Assembly: GCA_043817315.1 (NCBI GenBank)
Contig: JBDRGY010000001.1
Location: 78,702 to 142,701 of the forward strand
Length of the DNA stretch: 64,000 nt
From: Patescibacteria group bacterium
Lineage (GTDB): Bacteria > Patescibacteriota > Patescibacteriia > JBDRGY01
Reading direction: 5' to 3'
The notes beneath the pieces were generated by a model that did not search any database, was not told the origin of the DNA, and saw only the letters and a program-made list of their open reading frames with translations. Below, one piece after another: positions 7,849 through 16,035 of this stretch. Numbering within the stretch: position 1 is the stretch's first letter; each line of letters starts with the position of its first letter. The translations under genes were made by a program, and so were the position numbers.

Positions 7849-10400
7849 TGAACAGTCTGCCGTCAATTAACACTCCCAGTTTTTCTTGGGACACTATCTT
7901 TAATAATCAGATTTTTGTTATCGTAGCGACTTTAGTAGTCGTTATTTTTGTTCTCTGGTTAATGATATTTACTTTACGTAAAACGATTGCCAGGCAGCGC
8001 CGGCTTTCTAATACCTTTTCCATGGTAACCTTGATGGTTACTGTGCCCAAAGAAAGTCTGGATGAAGACGATGAGCGAAAACCGCTCGAGGAAAAATTGG
8101 CTGTTGCCGAAGCCTTTATGTCCACGGTCGGTGGCATGATCTCTCAAAAGGGGATCAGGGCGTTTCTCTTAGGCCGCTCTGACCACTTTGCTTTTGAGAT
8201 TGTTGCCAACAAAGGATTGATTTCTTTTTATGTCACTGTACCTTGCTATATGCAGCAGTATATGGAACAGCAGATTCAAGCCCAATATCACCGGTCCCAG
8301 ATTGAAGTGGTAGAAGATTACAATATTTTTACCCCACGAGGAGTTATCGAAGCCGCCTACCTCAAGCTGAAAAAGAGATCAATGTTCCCAATTTTAACTT
8401 ATAAAAAGTTAGGATCTGATCCTTTAAATTCCTTAACCAATGTTTTGAGCAAATTTCAGGAAGATGAAGGTGCTGTTCTGCAAATCATGGCCCGGTCTTC
8501 CCATCCGGCTTGGCACAAGGCTGGAGCCAAAGTAGCTACCGAGATGAGCCAGGGGAAAAATGTAAAAGATGCTATGAAATCCAGCAACCCAAGTATTTTA
8601 GGTCAGATTGGCAAGACTGCACTGGCCTCTACCAAGAAGAGTAAAAAAGACGATTACGAATATGATGAACCGAGACGTTTAACTCCCATGGAAGAAGAAA
8701 CGGTAAAGGGTTTGGAAGAAAAAACGGCTAAAGCGGGCTTGGATGTCAACATTAGAATCATAGTCTCTTCACCTGATGGTCAAAGAGCCAAGGCCAATAT
8801 TCGAAACATTGCTGATGCTTTTTCTCAATACAGCGGTTATGAGTATATCAACGCTTTCGTTAAAAAAAGAGTTTGGCGCAAGAGTAAAATTATCAGAGAC
8901 TTCATCTATCGCAATTTCTCTGAGAAGAATAAATTTATATTAAACGCCGAAGAGATAGCTTCCGTTTATCATTTTCCATTGCCCAATACAGAAACACCCA
9001 ATATTCGCTGGTTGGTCGCCAAGAAATCAGCCCCTCCGGTCAACATGCCCCAAGAAGGCTTGATCCTGGGTCGTAATTTCTATCGGGGCCTGGAGACTCA
9101 AATCCGCATTAAAAGAGACGACCGGCGTCGTCATATTTATATCATTGGTAAATCCGGTACTGGAAAATCTGTTTTAATTTCTTCAATGGCTATTCAGGAT
9201 ATTCAGAACGGCGAAGGAGTCTGTGTTGTCGATCCCCATGGTGATTTAATCGAATACATTTTAGCTCACATACCTAAAGAGCGAGCAGAAGACGTGGCCG
9301 TCTTTGCGCCGGCCGATATGGAAAAACCGGTTGGTCTAAATATGTTAGAAGCTGACTCGGTGGAAGATCAGGATTTTGCCATCCAGGAAATGATTGCCAT
9401 TTTCTATAAACTATTCCCGCCGGAGATGATTGGGCCTATGTTCGAACATAATATGAGAAACGTGATGTTGACCCTGATGGCCGACAAAGAAAATCCTGGT
9501 ACTATCGCCGAGATTCCCCGTATGTTTACTGATCCTGCTTTTCAAAAATACAAATTGACTAAAGTAACTGACCCCGTTGTTAGAAATTTTTGGGAGAAAG
9601 AGATGGCTAAAACTACCGATTTTCACAAATCCGAAATGTTGGGTTATCTAATATCGAAAGTAGGCCGCTTTGTCGAAAACGAGATGATGAGGAATATTAT
9701 TGGCCAACCCAAGTCCGGTTTTGACATCAGAGAGATAATGGATAAGCAGAAGATATTACTGGTCAATCTGTCTAAAGGTAAAGTAGGTGAGGTCAATAGC
9801 GACCTTCTGGGCTTGATTATAGTTTCCAAGTTGCAGATGGCTGCCCTCAATCGGGGTGATATTCCCGAGGAAGAACGTAAAGATTTTTATCTCTATATAG
9901 ATGAGTTTCAAAACTATGCTACTGACAGTATTGCCACTATTTTATCCGAGGCCAGAAAGTACCGTCTCAATCTGACCATGGCTCACCAATACATTGGGCA
10001 GTTAGTAAAAAATAATGATACCCAGATCCGCGATGCGGTTTTGGGCACCACTGGTACTATGGTGGCCTTTAAAGTGGGAGTAGACGATGCCGAGGTTATG
10101 GCCAAAGTGTTTGACCCAGTTTTTGACGAGTACGATGTGCTTAATGTTGAAAAGTTTACTGCCTACATTAAGTTACTGGTTGACAACCAGGCCTCTCGCG
10201 CTTTCAACATGCACACCTATCCGCCGGTGCCGGGTAATAAGGAGCTGGCTCATAAGATTAAAGAATTATCACGTTTAAAATATGGCCGACCCAAATCCAA
10301 GGTGCAGGCCGAAATCATGAATCGGTCGCAGTTGGGAGAACCCAGTAAGCCGTCACCATCTTTGGGAACGCAGGATTTAGGTCGGGAACCTAAGGCCTAA
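7848..10400 (+). CDS. VirD4/TraG/TraD-like type-IV coupling-protein-family P-loop ATPase (FtsK-HerA superfamily). It has an N-terminal TM helix and a unique domain of about 350 aa before the ATPase domain.
   Basis: TM helix IFVIVATLVVVIFVLWLMIFTL. Walker A IIGKSGTGKSVLISS, then VVDPHGD, Walker B FYLYIDEFQNY, and the TraG-D C-terminal-like motif LNLTMAHQYIGQL. This is 850 aa, the typical length of a coupling protein. Confidence 0.55.
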   Translation: MNSLPSINTPSFSWDTIFNNQIFVIVATLVVVIFVLWLMIFTLRKTIARQRRLSNTFSMVTLMVTVPKESLDEDDERKPLEEKLAVAEAFMSTVGGMISQKGIRAFLLGRSDHFAFEIVANKGLISFYVTVPCYMQQYMEQQIQAQYHRSQIEVVEDYNIFTPRGVIEAAYLKLKKRSMFPILTYKKLGSDPLNSLTNVLSKFQEDEGAVLQIMARSSHPAWHKAGAKVATEMSQGKNVKDAMKSSNPSILGQIGKTALASTKKSKKDDYEYDEPRRLTPMEEETVKGLEEKTAKAGLDVNIRIIVSSPDGQRAKANIRNIADAFSQYSGYEYINAFVKKRVWRKSKIIRDFIYRNFSEKNKFILNAEEIASVYHFPLPNTETPNIRWLVAKKSAPPVNMPQEGLILGRNFYRGLETQIRIKRDDRRRHIYIIGKSGTGKSVLISSMAIQDIQNGEGVCVVDPHGDLIEYILAHIPKERAEDVAVFAPADMEKPVGLNMLEADSVEDQDFAIQEMIAIFYKLFPPEMIGPMFEHNMRNVMLTLMADKENPGTIAEIPRMFTDPAFQKYKLTKVTDPVVRNFWEKEMAKTTDFHKSEMLGYLISKVGRFVENEMMRNIIGQPKSGFDIREIMDKQKILLVNLSKGKVGEVNSDLLGLIIVSKLQMAALNRGDIPEEERKDFYLYIDEFQNYATDSIATILSEARKYRLNLTMAHQYIGQLVKNNDTQIRDAVLGTTGTMVAFKVGVDDAEVMAKVFDPVFDEYDVLNVEKFTAYIKLLVDNQASRAFNMHTYPPVPGNKELAHKIKELSRLKYGRPKSKVQAEIMNRSQLGEPSKPSPSLGTQDLGREPKA

Positions 10401-10403
10401 ACA

Positions 10404-13190
10404 ATGACCCGGTTAGCAACAAAAACAAAATTAAGAGAAAAAACAGCAGTCGCTTATATCATTTTGACTGCTACTGTTAGCGCAGCGGCTTTAATAGCCG
10501 CTGTTTTTGTTATCTTCCGGGTTAATAGTGTTGATATTGAACCAGCACCAGCCAGAAGTGTTGTTAGCTGCGGTAGTGTCATTACCACGGATACTTTTTT
10601 AACTGCTGATTTGTTGGATTGTACCGGTAATGGTATAGAAATTGGAGCCGATGACATAATTCTTGATTGCCAGGATCATCTGATAACCGGACCAGGTAAG
10701 AGTACTAATTATACTGGAATCGAGATAAACCGTAGGTCTGGAGTAAAGATAAGGGGATGTAATGTTTACAACTTCGGAAAGGGATTTGACGTTCATGGTG
10801 TATTTGGTCAGCCATCTACTAATAATATCTTAATTAATAACGTAGCTTTTAATAATAATTTTGGAATATATATCAAAGAATCATTTGGTAATGGTTTATA
10901 CCGAAACGTAGCTAGCAATAATAATCACGGAATATATATAGGTTATTATACACAGGATAATATTTTAGAAAATAATATTGTTAACGGTAATAACCAGTAC
11001 GGTATTAAGCTGTATAACAGTGATGGGAACAAGTTTATTGCCAATACCGCCAACTGGAACGGTGAAAACCTGAGTGGTGATAAAGATTTTTGGTGTGAAG
11101 GTGGCGTTGACAACCAATGGGAAGATAATTTATGTAAAGGGATTACCGATTGTTCTGGCTTGACATGTTATCAGTATGGGCAGTTTGACTCAACAGGAAT
11201 AAATAATAATTTAGTTTTCAATCCTGGCTTTGAAATGGATTATAGTATTAACTACCAAGGTTGTTATGGCGGGTGTGATCGTGGTTTTGGCAATCATAAA
11301 CCAGACGGTTGGATTTGGGATGACATCGAAGACAACTTTGATTATATAGAGAATGGAGCAGGTTGTTTTAATGAAAGATGCATCAAGCTAAACTCGGTTG
11401 ATGATGAATGGATTGGGGTAGGACAAGTTTTTGAGGTAGAGCCAGCTGAATCCTATACCCTGGTAGCCTATATGAAATACGAAGGCGATGGAACAGATAC
11501 AGCCTATATGCATATCTATGAATGTGCTGAATGGGAAGGTGATTCTTGTGTTAGCGGAGCCGGTTGGACAACGGAAAAAGTCTATGGTAATTCCAGTGAC
11601 TGGGAAAGGGTTGAGATTGATTTTCAATTAGATCCTACAACCAACTATGTAAGAGTTTGGGCCGGGATTTATGATGATCCGGGCAATTATGTGTGGTTAG
11701 ACAATCTACAATTTTCTAAAAATGGGGACCTGGATCAATATACTATTATGGATACCCACGGCCTTCAGACGATAGGGGAACAAGTTTTGGTTAGGCAACA
11801 CGCAATTTTTAATCCCGACGATCCTGCCAACCCCACGCCTGTGAATTATCAGTGGCTGGCTGAGGGTCAGTGGGGTCAGGGCTGGGCTGAAATATCGAGA
11901 GTAGTTCTATCGGAGGATAATGAGATTGGGGAATTTAAAGTAAACCCCTTGAACGATATGTGTTTAAACCAATCAGGACTAAAATGTGAACCGATTGCTG
12001 CTAATAATTATTGCCAGGCTCTGGGTTACGGAGAATATCTGGATGGTACTATGGCTTGTGATGGGGAACAGCACCTAATGGGTAATTGGGCCAACAGCGA
12101 CATCGATCCATTGCATTTCAATTGTGGATCCGGTGGTAGCGACGAGTGGATAGAGAGTATGAGCTGCTTCAAGGCAACACCACCTCCGGAATATTATAAC
12201 CAAGACCACTTTGATACCTATTTTTCACTAATGGATGCGGAATTTTCCTTTTGTGGCGATGGCGTAATTACTGAGACTGCAGAAGAATGTGAGGCTGATG
12301 CAGATTGTGCTACAGGAGAAGAATGTTGGTATTGTAAGTGTGTTAGCAAGCATGAGCCTAATGATACCAACTGCAGCAGTAATTCGGAAAATGGAGAGTA
12401 CCTTCTTCATGGCAATGATACTAAATGGTCCTGCCAGTTGATGACTGTGAAAAGTAACGAAGAAATTAATTTTTTAGATTATATAGTTGATGACGCTATA
12501 GATTGTTGTATTACTCCTCAGGGAATTGTTTCGAATAATCATAGGGAGCTGTGTGATTTTGTCCATTCAGAATATGGGTTCTTAACTTCCAGAGATTGTG
12601 TGACTAGATTTATTGGTACTGGGTTAAGTGATACCCACAATTCTGTTAGTAATTTTGGTAATAAAACCCCCTGGATACAGAATTATTATTACCCGGAACT
12701 ATGTTGTTATGCTGGCAAAGATCGGGGTGACCAATTATGTTCTGATGGAGGGGGCACTCCGGGAATTTGTAGCCCTGATCAAGTAAATGGAATTGCTTAT
12801 AACGATTACGTTTTGGGATTAGATTGTTCTGATTATGATTGTAACTTTCATGATCAATCAGCACTAAAAAGCTCCACAATATTGAATAGCGGTACGTGTG
12901 TTGATTGGTCTTTACTAACCACGACCTTATTGAGAAAGGCAGGCCGGCATTATGCTAATCCGGGGGAAGGTGATCTGATTCTTTCTGCTGATGAGGATGG
13001 CCATTTTGCTAACCTAGTTTGGGTGGATGAGGTCGGTACCTGGGTTTTTATGGACTATGGTAGACTTTACTTTGATCCCGAAAACGCCTGGTGGGACTAC
13101 TGTGATAAAATAGAAGGCTGCGGCCACGAAAATCAATGGTTAGGCTGCACCAGATCTTGGGCTAGTGATAATGTATATGGATGCGATTAA
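10404..13190 (+). CDS. Giant surface protein of 928 aa. It carries an N-terminal TM anchor, right-handed parallel beta-helix repeats, a CBM-like jelly roll, Cys-rich segments and a C-terminal transglutaminase-like Cys-His-Asp core.
   Basis: TM helix AVAYIILTATVSAAALIAAVFVIF. PbH1-type repeats NNNFGIYI, NNNHGIYIGYY and NNQYGIKLYN. NPGFE start of a CBM4/9-like module. Transglutaminase motifs GTCVDWSLLTTTLLRKAGRHYANP and GHFANLVWVDEVGTWVFMDYG. The start is 4 nt after the ATPase stop. Confidence 0.7.
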   Translation: MTRLATKTKLREKTAVAYIILTATVSAAALIAAVFVIFRVNSVDIEPAPARSVVSCGSVITTDTFLTADLLDCTGNGIEIGADDIILDCQDHLITGPGKSTNYTGIEINRRSGVKIRGCNVYNFGKGFDVHGVFGQPSTNNILINNVAFNNNFGIYIKESFGNGLYRNVASNNNHGIYIGYYTQDNILENNIVNGNNQYGIKLYNSDGNKFIANTANWNGENLSGDKDFWCEGGVDNQWEDNLCKGITDCSGLTCYQYGQFDSTGINNNLVFNPGFEMDYSINYQGCYGGCDRGFGNHKPDGWIWDDIEDNFDYIENGAGCFNERCIKLNSVDDEWIGVGQVFEVEPAESYTLVAYMKYEGDGTDTAYMHIYECAEWEGDSCVSGAGWTTEKVYGNSSDWERVEIDFQLDPTTNYVRVWAGIYDDPGNYVWLDNLQFSKNGDLDQYTIMDTHGLQTIGEQVLVRQHAIFNPDDPANPTPVNYQWLAEGQWGQGWAEISRVVLSEDNEIGEFKVNPLNDMCLNQSGLKCEPIAANNYCQALGYGEYLDGTMACDGEQHLMGNWANSDIDPLHFNCGSGGSDEWIESMSCFKATPPPEYYNQDHFDTYFSLMDAEFSFCGDGVITETAEECEADADCATGEECWYCKCVSKHEPNDTNCSSNSENGEYLLHGNDTKWSCQLMTVKSNEEINFLDYIVDDAIDCCITPQGIVSNNHRELCDFVHSEYGFLTSRDCVTRFIGTGLSDTHNSVSNFGNKTPWIQNYYYPELCCYAGKDRGDQLCSDGGGTPGICSPDQVNGIAYNDYVLGLDCSDYDCNFHDQSALKSSTILNSGTCVDWSLLTTTLLRKAGRHYANPGEGDLILSADEDGHFANLVWVDEVGTWVFMDYGRLYFDPENAWWDYCDKIEGCGHENQWLGCTRSWASDNVYGCD

Positions 13191-13205
13191 TTTAATATTT
13201 CTAAT

Positions 13206-13946
13206 ATGAAAATTTCTCCAAAAATTACTTTTCCTATTATTGGATTGATCTGCCTAATTAGTGTCGGATCAGTTTGGGCTTTATCTGACAAAAAAGTTGA
13301 AGCACAGCCAGAGGAAGTCGATGGTATGAGAGCCAATCGCTTAACTATTCAGCCCACTCAAACTATTAATGTTTTAGCTAATGTTCGATACAGCAAGGAT
13401 TTGGAGTCGGTTAATTACACGGTCGGTGAATTATTAAACACTGAGTTTGTCGTCTATAATCAATCAAAACAAAAAATGAGTTTTAAAGTGATCCGAGAAG
13501 TTCTGCCCGATGAGGAAATCACTGAATCCAGAAACGCTGAGTTAAAGTATTTTTCCATGGAACACTACCAAGTACCCTACCTCGAATACACAGTAGATTT
13601 AGCAGGAGAAACAGCTACTGCTATGGAAGTAAAGTCCAAGTATAATAGTTTGCCAGTTAATGGAAAGTTGACATTACCCCGGATAGATATTATTGATATT
13701 GACTCCGGAAGAGTAATTGCTAATTCAAGTCCCACCATAATAAAAATCAATTGTCTGGAAGATAAAACTTGTAACATTAAAAACGGCGAGAACTTCCGCA
13801 ACTGCCCGGCTGATTGTCCTTCTGGATCCGATGATAGTTATTGTGATATGGAAAAAGACGGTAAATGCGATCCCAATTGTTTAATGGAATTAGATAAAGA
13901 TTGTAAGAAAGGAGAGGGGATAACCACTATCCCCAAAATAGAATAG
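13206..13946 (+). CDS. Secreted hypothetical protein of 246 aa with a Cys-rich C-terminus (CDPNCLMELDKDCKKGEGITTIPKIE).
   Basis: Signal peptide MKISPKITFPIIGLICLISVGSVWA. An 8-Cys tail. The gene immediately precedes its larger partner gene. Confidence 0.6.
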   Translation: MKISPKITFPIIGLICLISVGSVWALSDKKVEAQPEEVDGMRANRLTIQPTQTINVLANVRYSKDLESVNYTVGELLNTEFVVYNQSKQKMSFKVIREVLPDEEITESRNAELKYFSMEHYQVPYLEYTVDLAGETATAMEVKSKYNSLPVNGKLTLPRIDIIDIDSGRVIANSSPTIIKINCLEDKTCNIKNGENFRNCPADCPSGSDDSYCDMEKDGKCDPNCLMELDKDCKKGEGITTIPKIE

Positions 13947-13958
13947 AAAAAGGATTTT

Positions 13959-15908
13959 ATGCCCCATCGTCATCTAAACATTACCTTAATCTTTTTAGCC
14001 GCTACCTGGCTGATGGTAGCCAGCTTTTATTTTTGGGAGGATTGGCAGATCGATCCCGCCGCAGGACAAGAAATATTATCCATTACTGGTTATTCTCCTA
14101 CCATTCCGGTCTTAACTCCTGGTTCTACCGGTTTCACTTTGCAGGTCAACACCTCACTGGGGTCAGATTGTAAACATGGTGACCAAGGCCAAACCTATGA
14201 GCAAATGTCTAATCAGTTCAATGGCGACGGTACCTTAATACATACGGCAGAAATTTCCAACTTAGTTAGCGGTCCCACTTACCATTATTATGTCCGCTGC
14301 CAAACCGGAGCTCAGACAACTGAGGAACTGGATCTGAGCTATCGAGTTATACCGGCCATTGATTATGATTTTCCCAGATTAACCAATACCTTTTACGGGG
14401 ATATTAATAATGATAATTTAGATGAATTATCAAGATATGATTTATTAGCGATCACCACTTTTTATCAGAAGGCAGCCCAGCAGAATAAGATTAAAACCAT
14501 TAGGGAATATAATTCGGAAATTACTATTTTGCCGTATCTATTGATTAGAGATACTCACAAAGACCTAACTGATCCCAGTCTGATTGATTATCCGTTAAAG
14601 GAACAAATTTTTGAAAACAATTGGTTCTTATACCAACCTTATACCACGATTGTCGGTGATATTGATGAATACGCTACTTCTATTCAAGTGACTGATATCA
14701 ACAAATTGGATCTTGATTTGGAAGGAGCGGATATAAATAATTATATAGCCGTAGAAGATGAATACATGGAGGTTACTGATATTGTTGGTGATACCTTGAC
14801 TGTGGTACGCGGTCATCAATCAGATGCAGTATCGCATACTGACGGGGATCAGATCAGGGCCCATATTATTCTTTGGCTGGGTTTACATCCTGCCCTTAAC
14901 CTGAGTACTGATTGGAATTTGGCTGTGCCAGAATTTGTGGAGACCACTTTGATCCCCTCCGGACTTTGGGATGGGGTTTATTACGATGCGGTTGCAGAAA
15001 ATCTGTACAGCCGTGGTTTTGATACAGATATTGATAATGATGGAATAGCTGACGATGACGAAACTAAGTTACTGCATAAAGCTGGCATTGGCACGCTTTT
15101 TAATCAAACCAGAAATATCAGCTCTGATATTTATATCGTGGGCAATGGCTATTACACTTTCTATCAATACGGTAATGGTATAGAATATGAAACTTTTACA
15201 GGGTTGGATGGATCTAACTGGTCAGCCCATATGATAGGATATTTAGAATGGCAAGAAAGTGGTTTAGACCCTCATATCGATATAATAAATATGAAATGTA
15301 ACAATAGCGGCAATGATACTTTGTGCCAGCAGGAATACCAAAAAATGCGTTATGGTCTTACCTCAACACTAATCGGAGATGGCTTCTATCTTTTTGACGG
15401 AGGGGGTACTGGACATAATAAACTGTATTGGTTTGATGAATATTCTGTTGATTTGGCTACGGGCATTCCGACCACTCCTACTGCGGAAAATGATTTCGTG
15501 GGAAAGGGTTATCTGGGTCAGCCAAGCGGTGACTACTCGATTTTAGCTAATGGAGTTTACCGCCGTAATTTTGCCAATGGTGTAGTCTTAGTCAATCCAA
15601 CTGAATCAGAACAAGATGTTGAATTGGGAGAGACCCTGCGGCGGATTCAAGGAGTTCAAGATACCAATGTTAATATTGGGGGGGAGGTGTCAATCGTTAC
15701 TATAGCTTCTGAAGACGGCATAGTTCTACTCAGTCAGATTTGTGATGAAGATTGGCAGTGTACTGAATGGTCTGAGTGTATTGACAGTCAACGATCAAGG
15801 ACTTGTACTGATCAAAACGAATGTGGTACCGTAGAAAACCAACCAGTAGGAACTCAAGCGTGTGATTCAAATTCTCCAGCAGATATTTACGATTTATTCT
15901 TAGATTAA
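13959..15908 (+). CDS. Surface protein of 649 aa. It has an N-terminal TM anchor, an FN3-like domain, a putative TIM-barrel glycoside-hydrolase-like domain and the C-terminal 4-Cys module. It is a paralog of the protein at 16036-19158.
   Basis: TM helix LIFLAATWLMVASFYFW. Segments TYHYYVRCQTG, DYDFPRL...RYDLLAI and YWFDEYSVDLATG...VYRRNFANGVVLVNP align with the 16036 protein. C-terminal module DWQCTEWSECIDSQRSRTCTDQNECGT. Confidence 0.65.
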   Translation: MPHRHLNITLIFLAATWLMVASFYFWEDWQIDPAAGQEILSITGYSPTIPVLTPGSTGFTLQVNTSLGSDCKHGDQGQTYEQMSNQFNGDGTLIHTAEISNLVSGPTYHYYVRCQTGAQTTEELDLSYRVIPAIDYDFPRLTNTFYGDINNDNLDELSRYDLLAITTFYQKAAQQNKIKTIREYNSEITILPYLLIRDTHKDLTDPSLIDYPLKEQIFENNWFLYQPYTTIVGDIDEYATSIQVTDINKLDLDLEGADINNYIAVEDEYMEVTDIVGDTLTVVRGHQSDAVSHTDGDQIRAHIILWLGLHPALNLSTDWNLAVPEFVETTLIPSGLWDGVYYDAVAENLYSRGFDTDIDNDGIADDDETKLLHKAGIGTLFNQTRNISSDIYIVGNGYYTFYQYGNGIEYETFTGLDGSNWSAHMIGYLEWQESGLDPHIDIINMKCNNSGNDTLCQQEYQKMRYGLTSTLIGDGFYLFDGGGTGHNKLYWFDEYSVDLATGIPTTPTAENDFVGKGYLGQPSGDYSILANGVYRRNFANGVVLVNPTESEQDVELGETLRRIQGVQDTNVNIGGEVSIVTIASEDGIVLLSQICDEDWQCTEWSECIDSQRSRTCTDQNECGTVENQPVGTQACDSNSPADIYDLFLD

Positions 15909-15909
15909 T

Positions 15910-16035
15910 ATGGCTAATTTTCCTAGAAAGTATGTCTATCCAATCGTGACCGGCGTCAATTGTATAACCGAGCTGGATAAAGATTGTAAACAGGGAGAGG
16001 GAATAACCAATGTTCCCGATATCCCTAAAACCTAA
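15910..16035 (+). pseudogene. Chimeric remnant ORF of 41 aa (MANFPRKYVYPIVTGVNCITELDKDCKQGEGITNVPDIPKT). Its first ~13 residues resemble the signal-peptide start of the 19161/13206 genes and its last ~25 residues match the C-terminus of the 13206 protein.
   Basis: The ORF exactly fills the gap between the 13959 and 16036 genes. MxNFPRKxxYPxV matches MINFPRKIIYPVV of the 19161 protein. CITELDKDCKQGEGITNVPDIPK matches CLMELDKDCKKGEGITTIPKIE at the end of the 13206 protein. The whole middle of a 13206-like gene is absent. Confidence 0.55.
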
